DNA of 64,000 bases from Amoebophrya sp. A120 (taxonomy: Eukaryota; Protista; Dinoflagellata). Both the position numbers and the translations under genes were made by a program. The DNA is taken from the NCBI GenBank assembly GCA_905178155.1, contig CAJINV010000002.1, forward strand, positions 7,222,743-7,286,742, given 5' to 3'. The notes beneath the pieces were generated by a model. It searched no databases and had not been told where the DNA came from. It saw nothing but the letters and a program-made list of their open reading frames with translations. Below are positions 25,046 to 38,046 of the stretch, in pieces (positions within the stretch are counted from its first letter, which is position 1; every line of letters starts with the position of its first letter).

Positions 25046-26619
25046 GGTGGTTGATGTAGGGACGTTTCGTAGTGATTGCGGCTCTAGTAACAAGAGCTGG
25101 ACCTCCTCCTAGCAGCCGACATATTTTTCATAAGCCAAAGTAGAACCCGTGCTGTTCGGACAGAACCGAAGTAGCTCCATTTCGCGACAGTAAATTCAAG
25201 AGTCTTGTTCATTAAACTGTTTTGCTCCTCACGATGTGTCATTTTTTACATAATTCTTTTGTATACGATTCATTTGCGATTACATTCAAAACATTCAGTA
25301 TTCACAGTTTAACTTTTCGTTTTATGACATTTTTCACATATTGCATCATTTCACATTAGAAATCCAAGAAGTGCAACTTGCGCTCGCTTTTAACGTATTT
25401 TCGATTTCGACATTTTACATTTTTTTCACACACAAAAATCTCTTGCTGAGTATCTACTACTCAACATCTCAAAAGCATTCTTGCATCGACAAGCCTGTGC
25501 AAGCAAAGTAGCCTGTTTTGAAATGCTGACCGACTACAGCGCTCGAGCTGGTACCCCCAGAGAGTGCTAGGCTCAGATTTTCTGTACCGTCTACGCATGG
25601 GATTTTCGTTGTGTTGGTCTGCTGTTGTACCCATTTTCCTTTCCAAAGTCTACTGTGAAAAATTCCAAAGGAACTTCATTCCACTCAAGAGGGTCGGACC
25701 CCGAAGCCGATTAGGTGATGTCGTCTGGCGGATATTTCTGCGGTAGTGCTGGTTTTTTTTTTCATTTTTTCAACATAAGTATGTTTTTTTACAACTCCAG
25801 CTCTCTTCTTCGGCTATCCCCAACTCAGGTGCGTTCCTTCGAGAACAACTTGGGTCACAATGCTAGCTTTCACAGTGGCACCCCCATGATCAGTTATGCT
25901 TACCTTTTATTTCGTGCTGCTCAATGGCAGCTGTTCTTGCTTTCTCCGCATAAGTCTTTCGTGGAGCAAGTAGTAATATCCTTTTTACTTCGAAGCACAG
26001 ACCTCCTTTATGTTGTCTACAGATCGTTGCATTGTGGTCCGATTTTTTTTTCGAAATAGTCTAGCGACTTCTTTTATGAAAATTTCGGAAACAATGCTGT
26101 GATCTGGCGATTAGACGGCGACCTCGAGTATTGAGACGAGCTGCACGCGTCCTAGTCGAAAAGGTGACGGAGCAAAAATATCTAAAACTCTACGTACAAC
26201 TACAATCCACGTAAAGTTTGCTATTGCAAACATGCGCGAGATGAACGATTCGGCAAAGAATGTGAGGACGAGAATTGTTGTAACGATAAGTAACGCAAAA
26301 CGCAATTTCCATACGCTTACGCGCTAGACCTAGAGCTGTAGTCAAGAGGGATTTGCAATGGCCCTCGCACGCGAGACGCCGAGAATAGAGTTAAGATATC
26401 GGGCGAAACATTTTATCACCGCACTTTCTCAGAATGTAGTCGTTCATTCAAAACAAAGCCTGCTTTCCCTCTCACTTGCTTCTTCGCGAGAGCGAAGGCC
26501 TTTTTGCTCTCGAAGGCATCAGTGTTCATCAGGTCGTCATCGCGATATTTCGACTTTGTCAGGGGTAGTCTGTCTTTGTTCGGCTTCGCTCGAGTTGGTG
26601 GCTGAATAGAAATGACGAT

Positions 26620-28145
26620 GGAACCGCCGGCACGCTGACGCGCTCCCTTTCTTCCTCGTAGCAGAGGCAGCACGCTTGCCGGAGCCCCGGGGGCGTCCCT
26701 TGCTTGGCCCGGGGTTCTTTCACACGGGCGCCGGCGTCAGAGGCAGCGCCTGCGGGGGATATATTATATCGCGGCAGGTTATCGCGGTACATCTTTGAAA
26801 GATGGCCGGACTGCGCAGCGGGCCGGGCTTGCGCGGCCTGGCTGCTATTTTTATGCAGCACGCCGCTACCGCAATACCGATCCGACAGAGCAGCACGGAG
26901 ACGGCAGGCGTGCCGGAAGCCTCGCGGGCCTGCCGAGCGGCGAAGTTGCCTGCTTCTGTGGCGCCCTTTTGCAAATGATTGCCAGCGGCCCCGTTTTCCA
27001 AATGACGAGACAGGGGCCCCGCGGGCTGGTCGAGGGTTCAGACAGGCCGTTGTAGGCTGATGCAAGCCGCGCGGGCCCCGCGTAGATTTTACAAAGATGG
27101 CCCAGAACCATAGCAGCGCTGCCGCGCGCACGCCTGGCGTCCAATAGAACTCTCGAACCCATCTGCCCAGTCCTCATTGACAAGCTGGCGGCGTTGGCGA
27201 CGCAGAGAAAATGCGCGCGAGCAGTTTCGCGCCCTCGCGGGCGACTATTTTTGTCGAAGTCTAGACCAAACGTGGGCGATTGCGAGGGGGGGGCGCCCCT
27301 TAATGGCGGGCCTCAGCGTCCGGGCGTTGCGCGGCGGGGGAGAGAGCGCCAAGCGGCAGCGCGCTGCGGATTGCCTTCCAGGAAAGTGCAAAACCAAACC
27401 GGCAAGCGCGCGCCGTCGCTTGTTTCGCTTGCTTCTTTGCCGCCCGCGGCGCCTGGCGTCTCTCTGCCGCCCGCCGGCCCAGCTGGTGCGAACCTGGCCA
27501 AGGAAGGCAAGGGGTTGGGGCTGGTTAGTACGTGCCAGAAGGCACCGATAGCAGCAGCTATGGCGGACCGGAGAGCAGAAGCTATGGCTAGCAGCAGCAG
27601 CCATGGCCGGGCTGGCTTTGGCGGACCGGAGAGCGTCACCCTGGCGGAAAATCCCCGCAGGATAAGCATCAAAACCGCCCCGCGAGGGCGTACGCGGAAG
27701 AATTGGAGTGGTTGGGGAATGTGCGCCCCTCCGCTTGCTGAACGGCGTCCGCCCTTTCTGGTCGTCCTTTTTGGTCGCCCCTGTGGTGGAGGGCCTCTCG
27801 GCCGCCCCGGCATTTGCGGGGGGGCTTGCTAGCTAAGTGGCCCCCGCCCCGCCTTGTGGCCCAGTGCGCCCGCGCGCCCCGCGTTGCGTTTCCGAACTGT
27901 GGCAGCCGGGCCCGGCGGGCGTTTTTTTATTTGAGTGCGCCCTCATGCGTGGGCTGTCGGTTGGGTTTGTGGGCGGGCGCCTGGCTTTGTCGTGGCGGGA
28001 AGGCGCCCGGGGTGCCAGTGTGTCGGCAGTCCTCTTCCTGCAACCTGTGCCGGCAGACTATATGGCGCATGGCGCCCCGCCGCGGCCGCGGCCGCAGCCA
28101 GTAGCAGTAATGAGTATATCAGAGTAAGACGGTGACCGGGCGGCC
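26620..28145. other. GC-rich island with no convincing gene
   Basis: Abruptly higher GC than its flanks; shadow ORFs on both strands; short repeat ggcggaccggagagc occurs twice at ~27561-27635. Confidence 0.4.
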
Positions 28146-28988
28146 GTGATGGATGGCGGCCAGCCTGCCAGAGCCTGTGGCTTGTATGTCTTTGCAGCTT
28201 GTTGCCCGTGGTTTTCTTATCGTTATGCCGTGTCTACATCCGCGCAGCATCCGACACATCGCGTGATGGTTTCGATTCGTTTCGCGTCCATCTTCCGTGG
28301 TGGTTCCGATTCTGATTTGTGGTCGGTGACGCGCTCATTTAGCCGTTTGTCGGTTTGGTTGGTTACACGTTGTTTGTTCATCTGTGTCCCTGCTGAGGAG
28401 ACTCTTTCATGCCATCTTGAAGCAGTTACTGTCTCGCTCGTGAGTGGTTATCGATGTGTTGTCGTGGTGTCGACGCTTTCAAGATCATGAGTGCGCAGGA
28501 TAAACGGTGAGACGGACTGATGTACTGCTGCTGTCGTCGGCTTTTCGTACATAAGAAAGTGAGACTTTCCCCTTGCCCGGCATGAGTCGTTGTTGCATGT
28601 GAAAAAAGCAGGAGCGAGCACGCGGAGCGAGTTCTTGACTCGTGATAGAAACTTTCGACAGTAGTGTAGATTGAGAATGATAATCAACAAGGTTTAGAAG
28701 AAGTAGGTCACATTAAGTCACTACACTACTTTTATTGCAAATGCAATCACTATCGTACGAAAGCGCATTTTCCTTTCGTACTAAGTCGTCGCCCCTCCTT
28801 GTCTTCCTTGTTGCCATGAGCAGAATGAAAAGAAGATACAGTTACAGAGGCTAGGCGCCAGGAAGCCGAAAGCAAAACATATCGGCCAACAACATACCTC
28901 CGCGGCGATGCCGCGTGGCTGTGTCGGTTGTGAGGATCGGAATGAACGGACTTTAATATAGCTCCTGAGTCGCAAAACCAAAAGCAAA

Positions 28989-31900
28989 ATGGTGACGGCT
29001 TGCAATTTTCTCCTCTCGATCAGTTTTCTGGTCGACTGGGTCTCGGTCCTTGTCGTCGAGGGTTTAACGCAGGAGAAGCCTAGCCACCTGGCCGCGACGA
29101 CAGGTCCTGTTGCGCAAAAATCACTTGAGGTTCCTCCTGCAGCCGCAGCATCCGAATCTACTACTGCCGTCGATGTTGCTGCCGCTGCAGAATCTCCAAG
29201 CGGCGCTGCGGAGAAGCCAACGCCGAGTGCGAGGAGCTTCGCGGACCTCTGTGCGCAGCATTGCGGTTTGGGCAAGCCGTTGAACAAGAAAACGCGGAAA
29301 AGGCTTATTCGAGCAATGAAAAGAAGTTCGGCAGAGGAGCAGGTACATACAGCAGCGAGCTGCTCTTTGTGGTTTTTGTTTTATGCATTATTGCAGCTGC
29401 TGTGCCTGTGCTGCATTCGCAGTTCGATCTTCATCTTCATGGCCATACAACTGCATACGCACATCAATCAGGAGATTTGGATGAAGACCAAGCTTGTAGT
29501 AGATCATGCGTTATCTTCACGCTTTCTGACCTTTCCAATACCACTCACCATAGGTGCAAGGCCTTCGCTCCTGCATCAAGCAATGGGCCCGGCCGGAGCT
29601 GGTTTCTACTTTGCTGAAAAAAGGCTGTGCGTGGAGAACTGTGAGAAGAGTCGACGGCTTCGTGCGAGAGGATCTTACCCTAGATCCAACTGTGGTGGAG
29701 TCAAAAGCAGGCATTTTGCCGGTTCCTTCGTCTTTCGACGATTTTGCGGCCACTGTAGTAGATACTAAGGAGCCTACGTCCGAGACGAGAACGAGAACCG
29801 TCAGGCCCGAAGAAGATGCCAATTTTTACGTCGACTACGGCTCGCGGCCAGATCTGTTTCCCAACGGCGCGCCGCCAACAGTGGCGAAAAAGACGAGCGC
29901 AGCATCTGCAGGTTCGGGTGAAGCGTCGGAAATCGGCCCGAACGGAGAGCTGATGGAGCCCCCGTCTGGGAATACCAGGAAAGAGGACCAACAAGAGCAG
30001 TTGCAAGAAAGCCCAACGACCTCCGCCGCAGCAGCCTCAACGACTGCGACCACCACCGCTACGACACGGCAAAAGCAACGAATGCTGAGACGGGTGCAGA
30101 AGCCCAAGGAAAAAACGGCAGAGGATTTTGAGAACCAGTACTACGCCGGGAACTACTACGAAAAAATGCGGCACACAGGGCCGGAGTTCCAGTTCCTGGA
30201 TGTCTTTCACGAGGTCTTGCGGGATTTTGTCACAATCAGCAGCGGAAGTGCGGAGGAGGCTTTGGGATTACTCGGAGGAGGAGGCGGCGCGCCTGGTGGG
30301 ACTGCATCCCAACCACGAGGAGCCACAAGAACTACACAAGAGCAGCCGATGGAGAACTACAGTACCCCACAAGATGATGAAGATTTGGACTCGATTTTCC
30401 GCAACCGAAAATCCTTCCGAGAAGAAACACAGCGGCTGCACGCGTACCTCGAGGCGTTTGTGATGCATGTGGGGCTGGAGTGTGGCGATCGGTGTTCGCA
30501 GTTGAATGGCATCTGGAACATGGACGAGTACAGGACCGACACGAGACGGCTCCTGGAGACCCTCGCGCCCTTCTCGCTTTTCTTCGGCCAGACGGATAGC
30601 AGAGTGTGGGCTGTGTGTACAGAGGTTTTTCTTTGAGATTGTCTACCATGCTCCGACAATTGAACTGAGTGTAGTTGGTACAGCAGTGGCGTGCTTGTAA
30701 TGCTTCACTCTAGATGTAGAAGATGAAGATCATGCTTTCTTATTTTTTTTGCGTCACGCACAACAAAATAAACCTTTCCAGTGTCCCTATTTCACGCTGC
30801 GGAGTTCGATCACTTCGGCCAGGTCTTCCTCCAGCAGTCGCTGTTTCAGGCCCTCGTCGTTTATCTCTACATTGCCTTGATGTTCTTCCTCCACCGCAGA
30901 CGCATTTACCAGCACGCGAAGACGAATTTCCGCCACTTAAGCGCCCTGGGAATTCCGGAGGTCGAGGCGGAGTCCTCTAATGTCGGCGATGCAAAGCAAC
31001 TCGTTGCTGGAAAGCTGAAGTTAGACCGGATATCAGCCGTGCGGGAACGGATTCAAAACTGGATTGTGAAGCGATACAAGAGCAGTTTGAAAGACCACCT
31101 CCAGGTGCAGGAGCAGGATCGAGGGGAAACACTTGCAATTTGCGACGGCAATACAACTAGGGACGTCATTTCATCTCCCGACCACGAAGTAGTGACGATC
31201 ACAACGCCAATCCTGGACCGAAAAAATCCTGCCCTAAGTTTGGGGTTCACCGCGTTTCAGAACGTTTATCAGCAACCGAGGAAACCGTCGGAAGATGCAT
31301 TGCAAACGCCCGCGCATGTTAGGGTTTTGGACGACGAAAAAAGTACTCTCTCCAGCATGAGATCGAAGGACGCAGCAAATAAACCGCAGGAAATTGTTTT
31401 GGGGAAATCGATCTTCTTGGAAGGCCGGCATCAGTCTTCTACGACGTCGACGCCGAGTGCGAGTCCGGCGATTGATGTAAACGCCCAGAACTACCGCCCG
31501 GGGGCCGAAGACCCGGAGCTGCCGGAGGTGAACCAACAAGCTACAGATCTCCATAAAGAAACGCAGGGACAAGAAACGAGCGAGAACGGTCCGGCCGCAC
31601 CTATAAAACATCAGCCCGAAGAACTGCAAGAAGGGCAACAGGTTGCTCTCCCACCAGCACCCCCAGAACTACGTGAAAACAATTTACCAACCCCACGGAC
31701 GAAAAAGATTTTGAACGAGACGGGCGGCAGCGTTACTGACACCGAGGACGAAGAAACAACTTCAGAGGCGGGGACGAAAGAAGTCGGTGAGCAACAGGGT
31801 GCACCAGCAAAGCGTGAAAAAGAAGAACAGCACGACTTAGGCAGAGATGCTGGTGCGACGGCAGAGGGACAGGACTCAATAGGACTGGTCGTCAATGGAA

Positions 31901-34900
31901 CAACAGCGCAAGTGCAGCCGTCGTCCTCATCTTCCACGACAACTCCGATCGATGCGCCGGTTTCCAGCGCCTCTTCCTCCTCGCCAACTTTTACTTTAGA
32001 GGACGACAATCGAGAACAGCAGCAAAGTAACATCACAGATAGTCGAGAACAACTGAACACCTCTTGGATCCTTGACCCAGCGACACACACGAATAAACAG
32101 CACCAGTTCAGGTCCTCCGGTTCTTCCAGCAAGCAGCACAGTCAACCATCTCCGGAAGACGACCACCCACCAACCGAGGATGAGAACGTGATCGCGATTG
32201 AGAGCACGCGCGGGCACACGACAAGGTACCGAATCGCGTCCAAAAACTCCATCCACATGATCGCGCCGAACCACGATGAGCAGATGAATACTTCCATGAA
32301 TAAGAGCAACGAACCGATTCTGCAGAACCCGTATCGGAAGTTATTGGATAGTGGGAGTAACACCAATCCGGAACAGCAAACTAACGACCTGTCTAGCACG
32401 ACAGCTACAACCTCTTCTGCGAGATCCTCGAAGCAGTCTGCAGCGAAGGAGGCCGCTGCACCAGGAAACTATAGCCAAATTTTGCGTTCCGCTGCAAGCA
32501 GCACGTCGACTTCGGCAGACGAGGGGGGAAACAAATCAACAGCCACTTTGAGCAAGCAGAGTGGCGGTGGTGGGGTCATGCAGCTTTTCGACGATCAACG
32601 GCAAACAGGACCACTTGCAAGAAGTCAGGAAGACAACCTCACTGATAACCTTACCAGCGAGGATAACATCCAAAGCAATTTCAGCCACCCGATACTAGTA
32701 GGCCACAATATCTCCCCCGAAGCGATCCCACTCTTCTCGCCGGCCGGGACAGGAGAAAGCCCCGGGGAAGACCAGTCCGACTCGAACACAAGCGAGTATG
32801 AACGGTCGTACTTCGAGCAGACGCCGGAGGTGGTGTCGGCCTTGAACTACAGCGTGAACAGGAGCATGATGCTGGAGTCTGCGGAGAAGCAGGTGCAAGC
32901 GCACAAAAAGCGAGTATTCGACGCGAACGACTTTTACTTGACCACCCCCGTGGGAGCAGCCGGGATGGACTACTTGGAAGAAAACGACATAGGTACTAGA
33001 GGGGTGCCTCCCCGTCCTTACGGTGGTAGCAGTCAGAGTTTGTTCGGCCGAGATTTAGAAGACCCGGCAAACAGCCGCGGTCGGGTGCTGGAGGTGCACA
33101 AGTTCAGGTTTGAGAAAACCACCGGAACCGGAAGCACACCGGAAGAGTGGAACAGTGCATCTTCCATGATGTTGCCTGGAGGACACGAAGAGAATGAAAA
33201 ATCAAACTCTGCCCAAAGTCGTTCCAGCAGCAGAAACAGCAGCAAGCAGGTCCGGTTTCAGATTGACAATGACGAAAAGATGCCCAGTGTGCCGCGCGTT
33301 GTAGACAGCAATGCTTCATCTTCTTTGGGAGCGGAAGTGGACCAACTTGGCATCTTTGAGGCTGAAATTAAGAAGCACTCCGATACGCAGACTAGTGACA
33401 CGCTGGCGATGATGAAGAGGGAATTTGGAGCAGCTTCCACCGCAGCTCAAGACCAGGTGAGAGACGAGCTGCACATCCAGCCGGTATTGGTCGGGTCGAC
33501 AATCGCAGTGATGCTGATCAGTGCCCCGGATGAGAAAGCGCTGTTTGGGAGTGCGTTTGTGGACACGAGAGGAAGTAGCGATTCTAGAACAAGGGTAGAT
33601 AACTTTTTGGAGCAGTTCGTCGTCGCGGCTCCGGCTGAAAACCCAATCCAGGTGAACAAGATGTCGCCCATGATTTCCAGTGCGACAAGACCACAAAGCG
33701 CTTCTGCCACTTTTCTCCCCGCACCCATTTCCACCGACAGTCTGTCTGCGCACGATAATCATTACTCCGCTCTTACCGGGGCGTTTGCATCTGCGGCGAG
33801 TGCGAGCAGCTCAATTTCGTCGACGCCTCAACGCAGCCATGGTAGCTTGGAAGCAAACTCATTTTACGAGCAAGGAGCTGTAACAAGCGAGGACGGTACC
33901 GTAACTGTCGATACTTTCTTCGGGGAGGGGTTGCACGCCCTGCTCGCGTCGGACCGGGCGAAGAAGAACCTATTAATCCTGAAGCACGCGATCTGTGGCT
34001 TTTGCAACCTGCACGTCAGTTTGATCTCCCATTTTCTCCCGGATTTCTTTTCGGCAAATAGTAGTACGGCGAGCTGGTGTTCTGGGTTTGCGGAAGATGG
34101 TCTTTCCGAGGAGACAACTTTTGACGAGAAGAGACATCTACCTTACATCCCATCCGACGAAGAAATTGAGGAAGATACTTCCGACGCAGGGAGAAGTAAA
34201 GATGGGCCAAGTAACCTGCAAAACCACGAATCCCTTCTCCTACAAAGAGAGATAGAGAAAGAATACGAAGAACAGCTACGGCAATCGCAGGAAGAATCGG
34301 AGCTGCTGTTGCAGAATCTGCTCAAAGATTTTGAAAAGTTCCTGAAGATCGTCTCAACCGTGACAGTCTTCCTGTGGTTGCACACAACCAACAGGCTGTT
34401 CGAATTCACGCTGCTTTTCGTCGCCAGCTTGCTGTTGGCCGCTGCCAGCGGGATCTTCTGTAGCGGGCTCTGCGATGTGCTGATTTTCGGACCAGATGGT
34501 GGCGCTCACTCGCTTCAGAGTGAATCAAAAAATGAAAAGGAGAACCACATCACGGAGCAGGCCATTTTGTCGAAGAAGCGGAAACTGATTCTGGTCAATT
34601 GGAATAGTTTGTTCGGCGTGGAAGGAACATCCTCATCGAGCTCTAGCACAGACGAAGAGCAAATGACATCACGCGGAAATAAATCAGCAGCACGAAGAAC
34701 AACGGCCCATCAATCTGCAACAACAAGCGTCACGAAACTGCAGGCAAAAACCGAAGACCCGGACTCGGTGAACATTGTGTCCGTGTCGAGAGTAGAATCC
34801 AGTATCAAGTGTAAAAATGTCTGGGTCTGGAAGAATGCAAGTTTGTCATGCTTGTCTGGCATGACTCGAGAATCTGTCATGCACATTACCAAAGAGCCAC

Positions 34901-36997
34901 ACTTTTCTGTCATGCAGAAACGTAGTTTGTCATGCAGAATAGGCAACACCTAGAAGCTCAGAAACTTGTCATGCTGAGCCAGCATTTGTAGCCTCATCAT
35001 GAGACGCCACCCAGCATCACAAGTTTCCAGACCCAGACATTTTTACTTTTGATATCCAGGAAGCGAAGACAACGACTTTTGGAAAAGAGGAAAATTCCTG
35101 GAGGTGCTGGAGCAAGTAGAACATCAGGAGCTGCAACGCCGACTACAGCAACTGTTCCGGAGCTGGAAAAGCAGGAGAAGCCCGGCGCGGCTATTAAGGT
35201 AGACGGGGGCACCAGTGCAACAAGTTCCAGCTACAGCAAGCCGGATAAACACAGTACGACTCTAGTACCAGCAACGACCAGCAACCAACAACTGTTCGAG
35301 CTCGGGCCGACGTTTACTGAGTACGAGAAGTGTGCGTTTATTTCCCTTTTCTGCGCCGGGGGCGCCGCGTTGCTACCGACTGTCGGCAGGTTGTTGGGGA
35401 TTTTGCCGTTGTTTCTTTACGAGGAAACGGACAAACAGGCGCAGGAACAGCTCCTCGGAAAGTGGAACGGGTGGACAAGATTTACGGCGGTAAGCCTCGA
35501 CACCGTGACGTTTCTGGTCTTACTCGACAGGTTCTACCAATTGTACATGATTGTGTACGGCTGCGGGTTTGTGTTGGCGAAACAGAATAGTACCAGCGGG
35601 AAAGAAACAGCAGAGGAGACCACATCGAAAAGCGGCAGTGGTGGTCCCCTCTCGAGAAGTACCAGCGCCGTGCCGAGAAGAAATACGTCGGCATCAGCGA
35701 GAAGCAAGAATCAGAAACAGAACGCAGAAAATCAGATTACCGACTTAGAGCAGGGCCTGGAGGTAGCGCCTACCGTAGAAGACGAGTACTTCTCAGTTGA
35801 TGCAGCAAACCAAATTACCGACGCAACTACAACGAAGATGGGCGCTAACGAAGTTCTTGTAGGAGGCCACGAATCTTCTTCGGTGACAAACCCGAAACGA
35901 GATCGATACACGACCAGCTTCGCCTTGCACACGCTTCGCTGGGAACTTTTGAAGTTGAAGCAGGTTTTCAAGCTTTTCGTCTTCACGCACTTTCTGACCC
36001 TGGCGCTCTTGCTTTGTCTCGTCTTTCACCAGATGTTTTTGTCTGGGTTTCTGCTGTCACCCGGGGGATTCGGTGGCGTTTTCGGGGGAAGTGGGCAAAC
36101 CAGCAATGCGTACGTTGACAACAGCCTGCAGGACAGCGACTTCAAGAAGAGCAGCTTCCCACACAACCCCTTCAACGCCAATAGCGGTCCGGATCTCAAG
36201 GACCGGCCTTTTGGGAACTCGGTACAAAATTTTCCCCTGTCTTCAACATCTTCTTCGACGGCAAGTGCGGCTTCCACTGCATCCTCCTCGTTTTTGGAAG
36301 GGTCGGAACAATCTGAGCAACAGCGGACTCCCCCCGATGACGAGGTGCAGTTCGCACGAGAGCTGCAGGAAGCGGACAATCGGAGGTATCTCGCGATGAG
36401 TAACGAGGAGCGTGCGAAGTTGGAAGTGGAGCAGCGCTGGGTGGCGCAGGAAGCGAGAAAGTGGTACAAGGAACAAGGGTGGTGGGCGTTCGGACAGTAC
36501 TCGCTACCACCAAATTCGGCACTGTTCAGCTTCGGGGAGGGAAGGGTATAGCCACTTCTTTTCTTGTTTTAGCATTTTTCGCGAGGAAAAATTAAAATAC
36601 ATGCCGTGGCTTCATAGTTCTATCTACTATAAGCCGTTTCTTTTATATCCACTTGTTGTATTTGAAGATAAAGATCATGCAAAACATCATACAGTGGAAA
36701 ATTGGCGCTGCCGTTTTCGCCTACGCCGTGTGTGCGTTTTCCGCACCGATGTACGTTGCTGCGAAGCATTTGGACACGCACGGGAGGATCTTGGAAAATT
36801 TGCTCGATGGGGGATTTTCGATTCTAATCGTGTGCTGTCTGATCACTATGTTGGGGCTGGCGGAAATCGGGCAGCAAGTTGCGGAAATGACACTCGAGGC
36901 GACGGCGTTGCAGGGAGAGGGAAATAACGCTGGTGTGGGCGTGGCAGCAGGGACTACAGCAGCTGCTGCGCCAGGAGGAGCGAGCGGGAATCCATAG
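28989..36997 (+). CDS. Very large multi-exon membrane protein of unknown function; exons ~28989-29342, 29554-30616, 30782-34802, 35060-36545, 36695-36997
   Basis: N-terminal hydrophobic segment, several TM-like stretches and long S/T/Q-rich linkers. In-frame GT-AG introns at 29343-29553, ~30617-30781 (donor uncertain) and 36546-36694, plus an introner at 34803. Confidence 0.65.
34803..35054. mobile_element. TIR introner, family C (252 bp)
   Basis: tatcaagtgtaaaaatgtctgggtctggaa / ttccagacccagacatttttacttttgata; TSD tccag; removal gives VESRKRRQR. Confidence 0.93.
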
Positions 36998-38046
36998 CAG
37001 TAGGTGGTGGATCGATTATTTATGAAAGCGAAAAAATCAAAATGAATATAATTGATGAAGATCAACATAACGAGCAGTTGTGAACTAGTCGTCCGAAACT
37101 GACAAACTGATGAAACTACGCGAACGTTTTTTGTGCCAATGCATTTCAACGATTTTACTTGTTTCAAGAACTGATTTTGACATGCAAAATGAATTTATTT
37201 TACACTACGAATTTCTATATTCTTCTGCTTCTGCAAGTGCAACACTCTTAGCATTTTAGCAAGATCGCTTGTACGATTGAGAAAAGATAGCGCACTAGAA
37301 TGAGTCACTATGACAAAGTCGATGAACTCACTACGGACAATTCAGGCCAGGCGGACAACAATGAACCTGATGTAGAGATGAAAGAACAATGTGATGATGA
37401 TCTCTCTGAGAATCAGGTAAAACAGCACCGATCCAGGAGTTACCGCCGCTGGTGCTGCAGGAAAAGCCAATTAGGAAACGGCAAGGATTCCGCACTCCCT
37501 GTCGAAGAGCAGGCAGAGTAGCGTCAAGCTGTAACAACTGTAAAACGACAAGATGATCATGATCTTCAGCAGGCGAAGAAATGATCACTTCACTTCTATG
37601 ACGATGAAGGCACACGATCTCGAACTCGATCTTTTGACGACACGATCTCGAGGAGCTCCTGTAGGAGAGCAGTACAGCTGTCAGGCTCAACCAAGGACAA
37701 GATTTGAAGAAATTCGTTGTTGACGATCCTTAATTTTTGAAAGCCCGCCGAGGATCATACTAAGTAAGTATTCGCTTGAATTCATAATTGGTTGTAAGTA
37801 GGAATGCACATACCTCAAGGAGGTTTTTATCTTTGCTCATTCTTGATGTATCGCTTTTGTCAAGTTCAACTCAATGCGCAGGACGAAGAACCAAGGCCAG
37901 GCGCATGCCAGACAAAGACCGTGCTTCCTGGATCAGAACATAGTAGGAGTAGGTAGCGACACTTGAATTTGCACAACGACAACGTTAGCCTTGGTCATTG
38001 ATTTTGTTACGACAGAACGATATTACATACAGGGATAGCGAATAAA

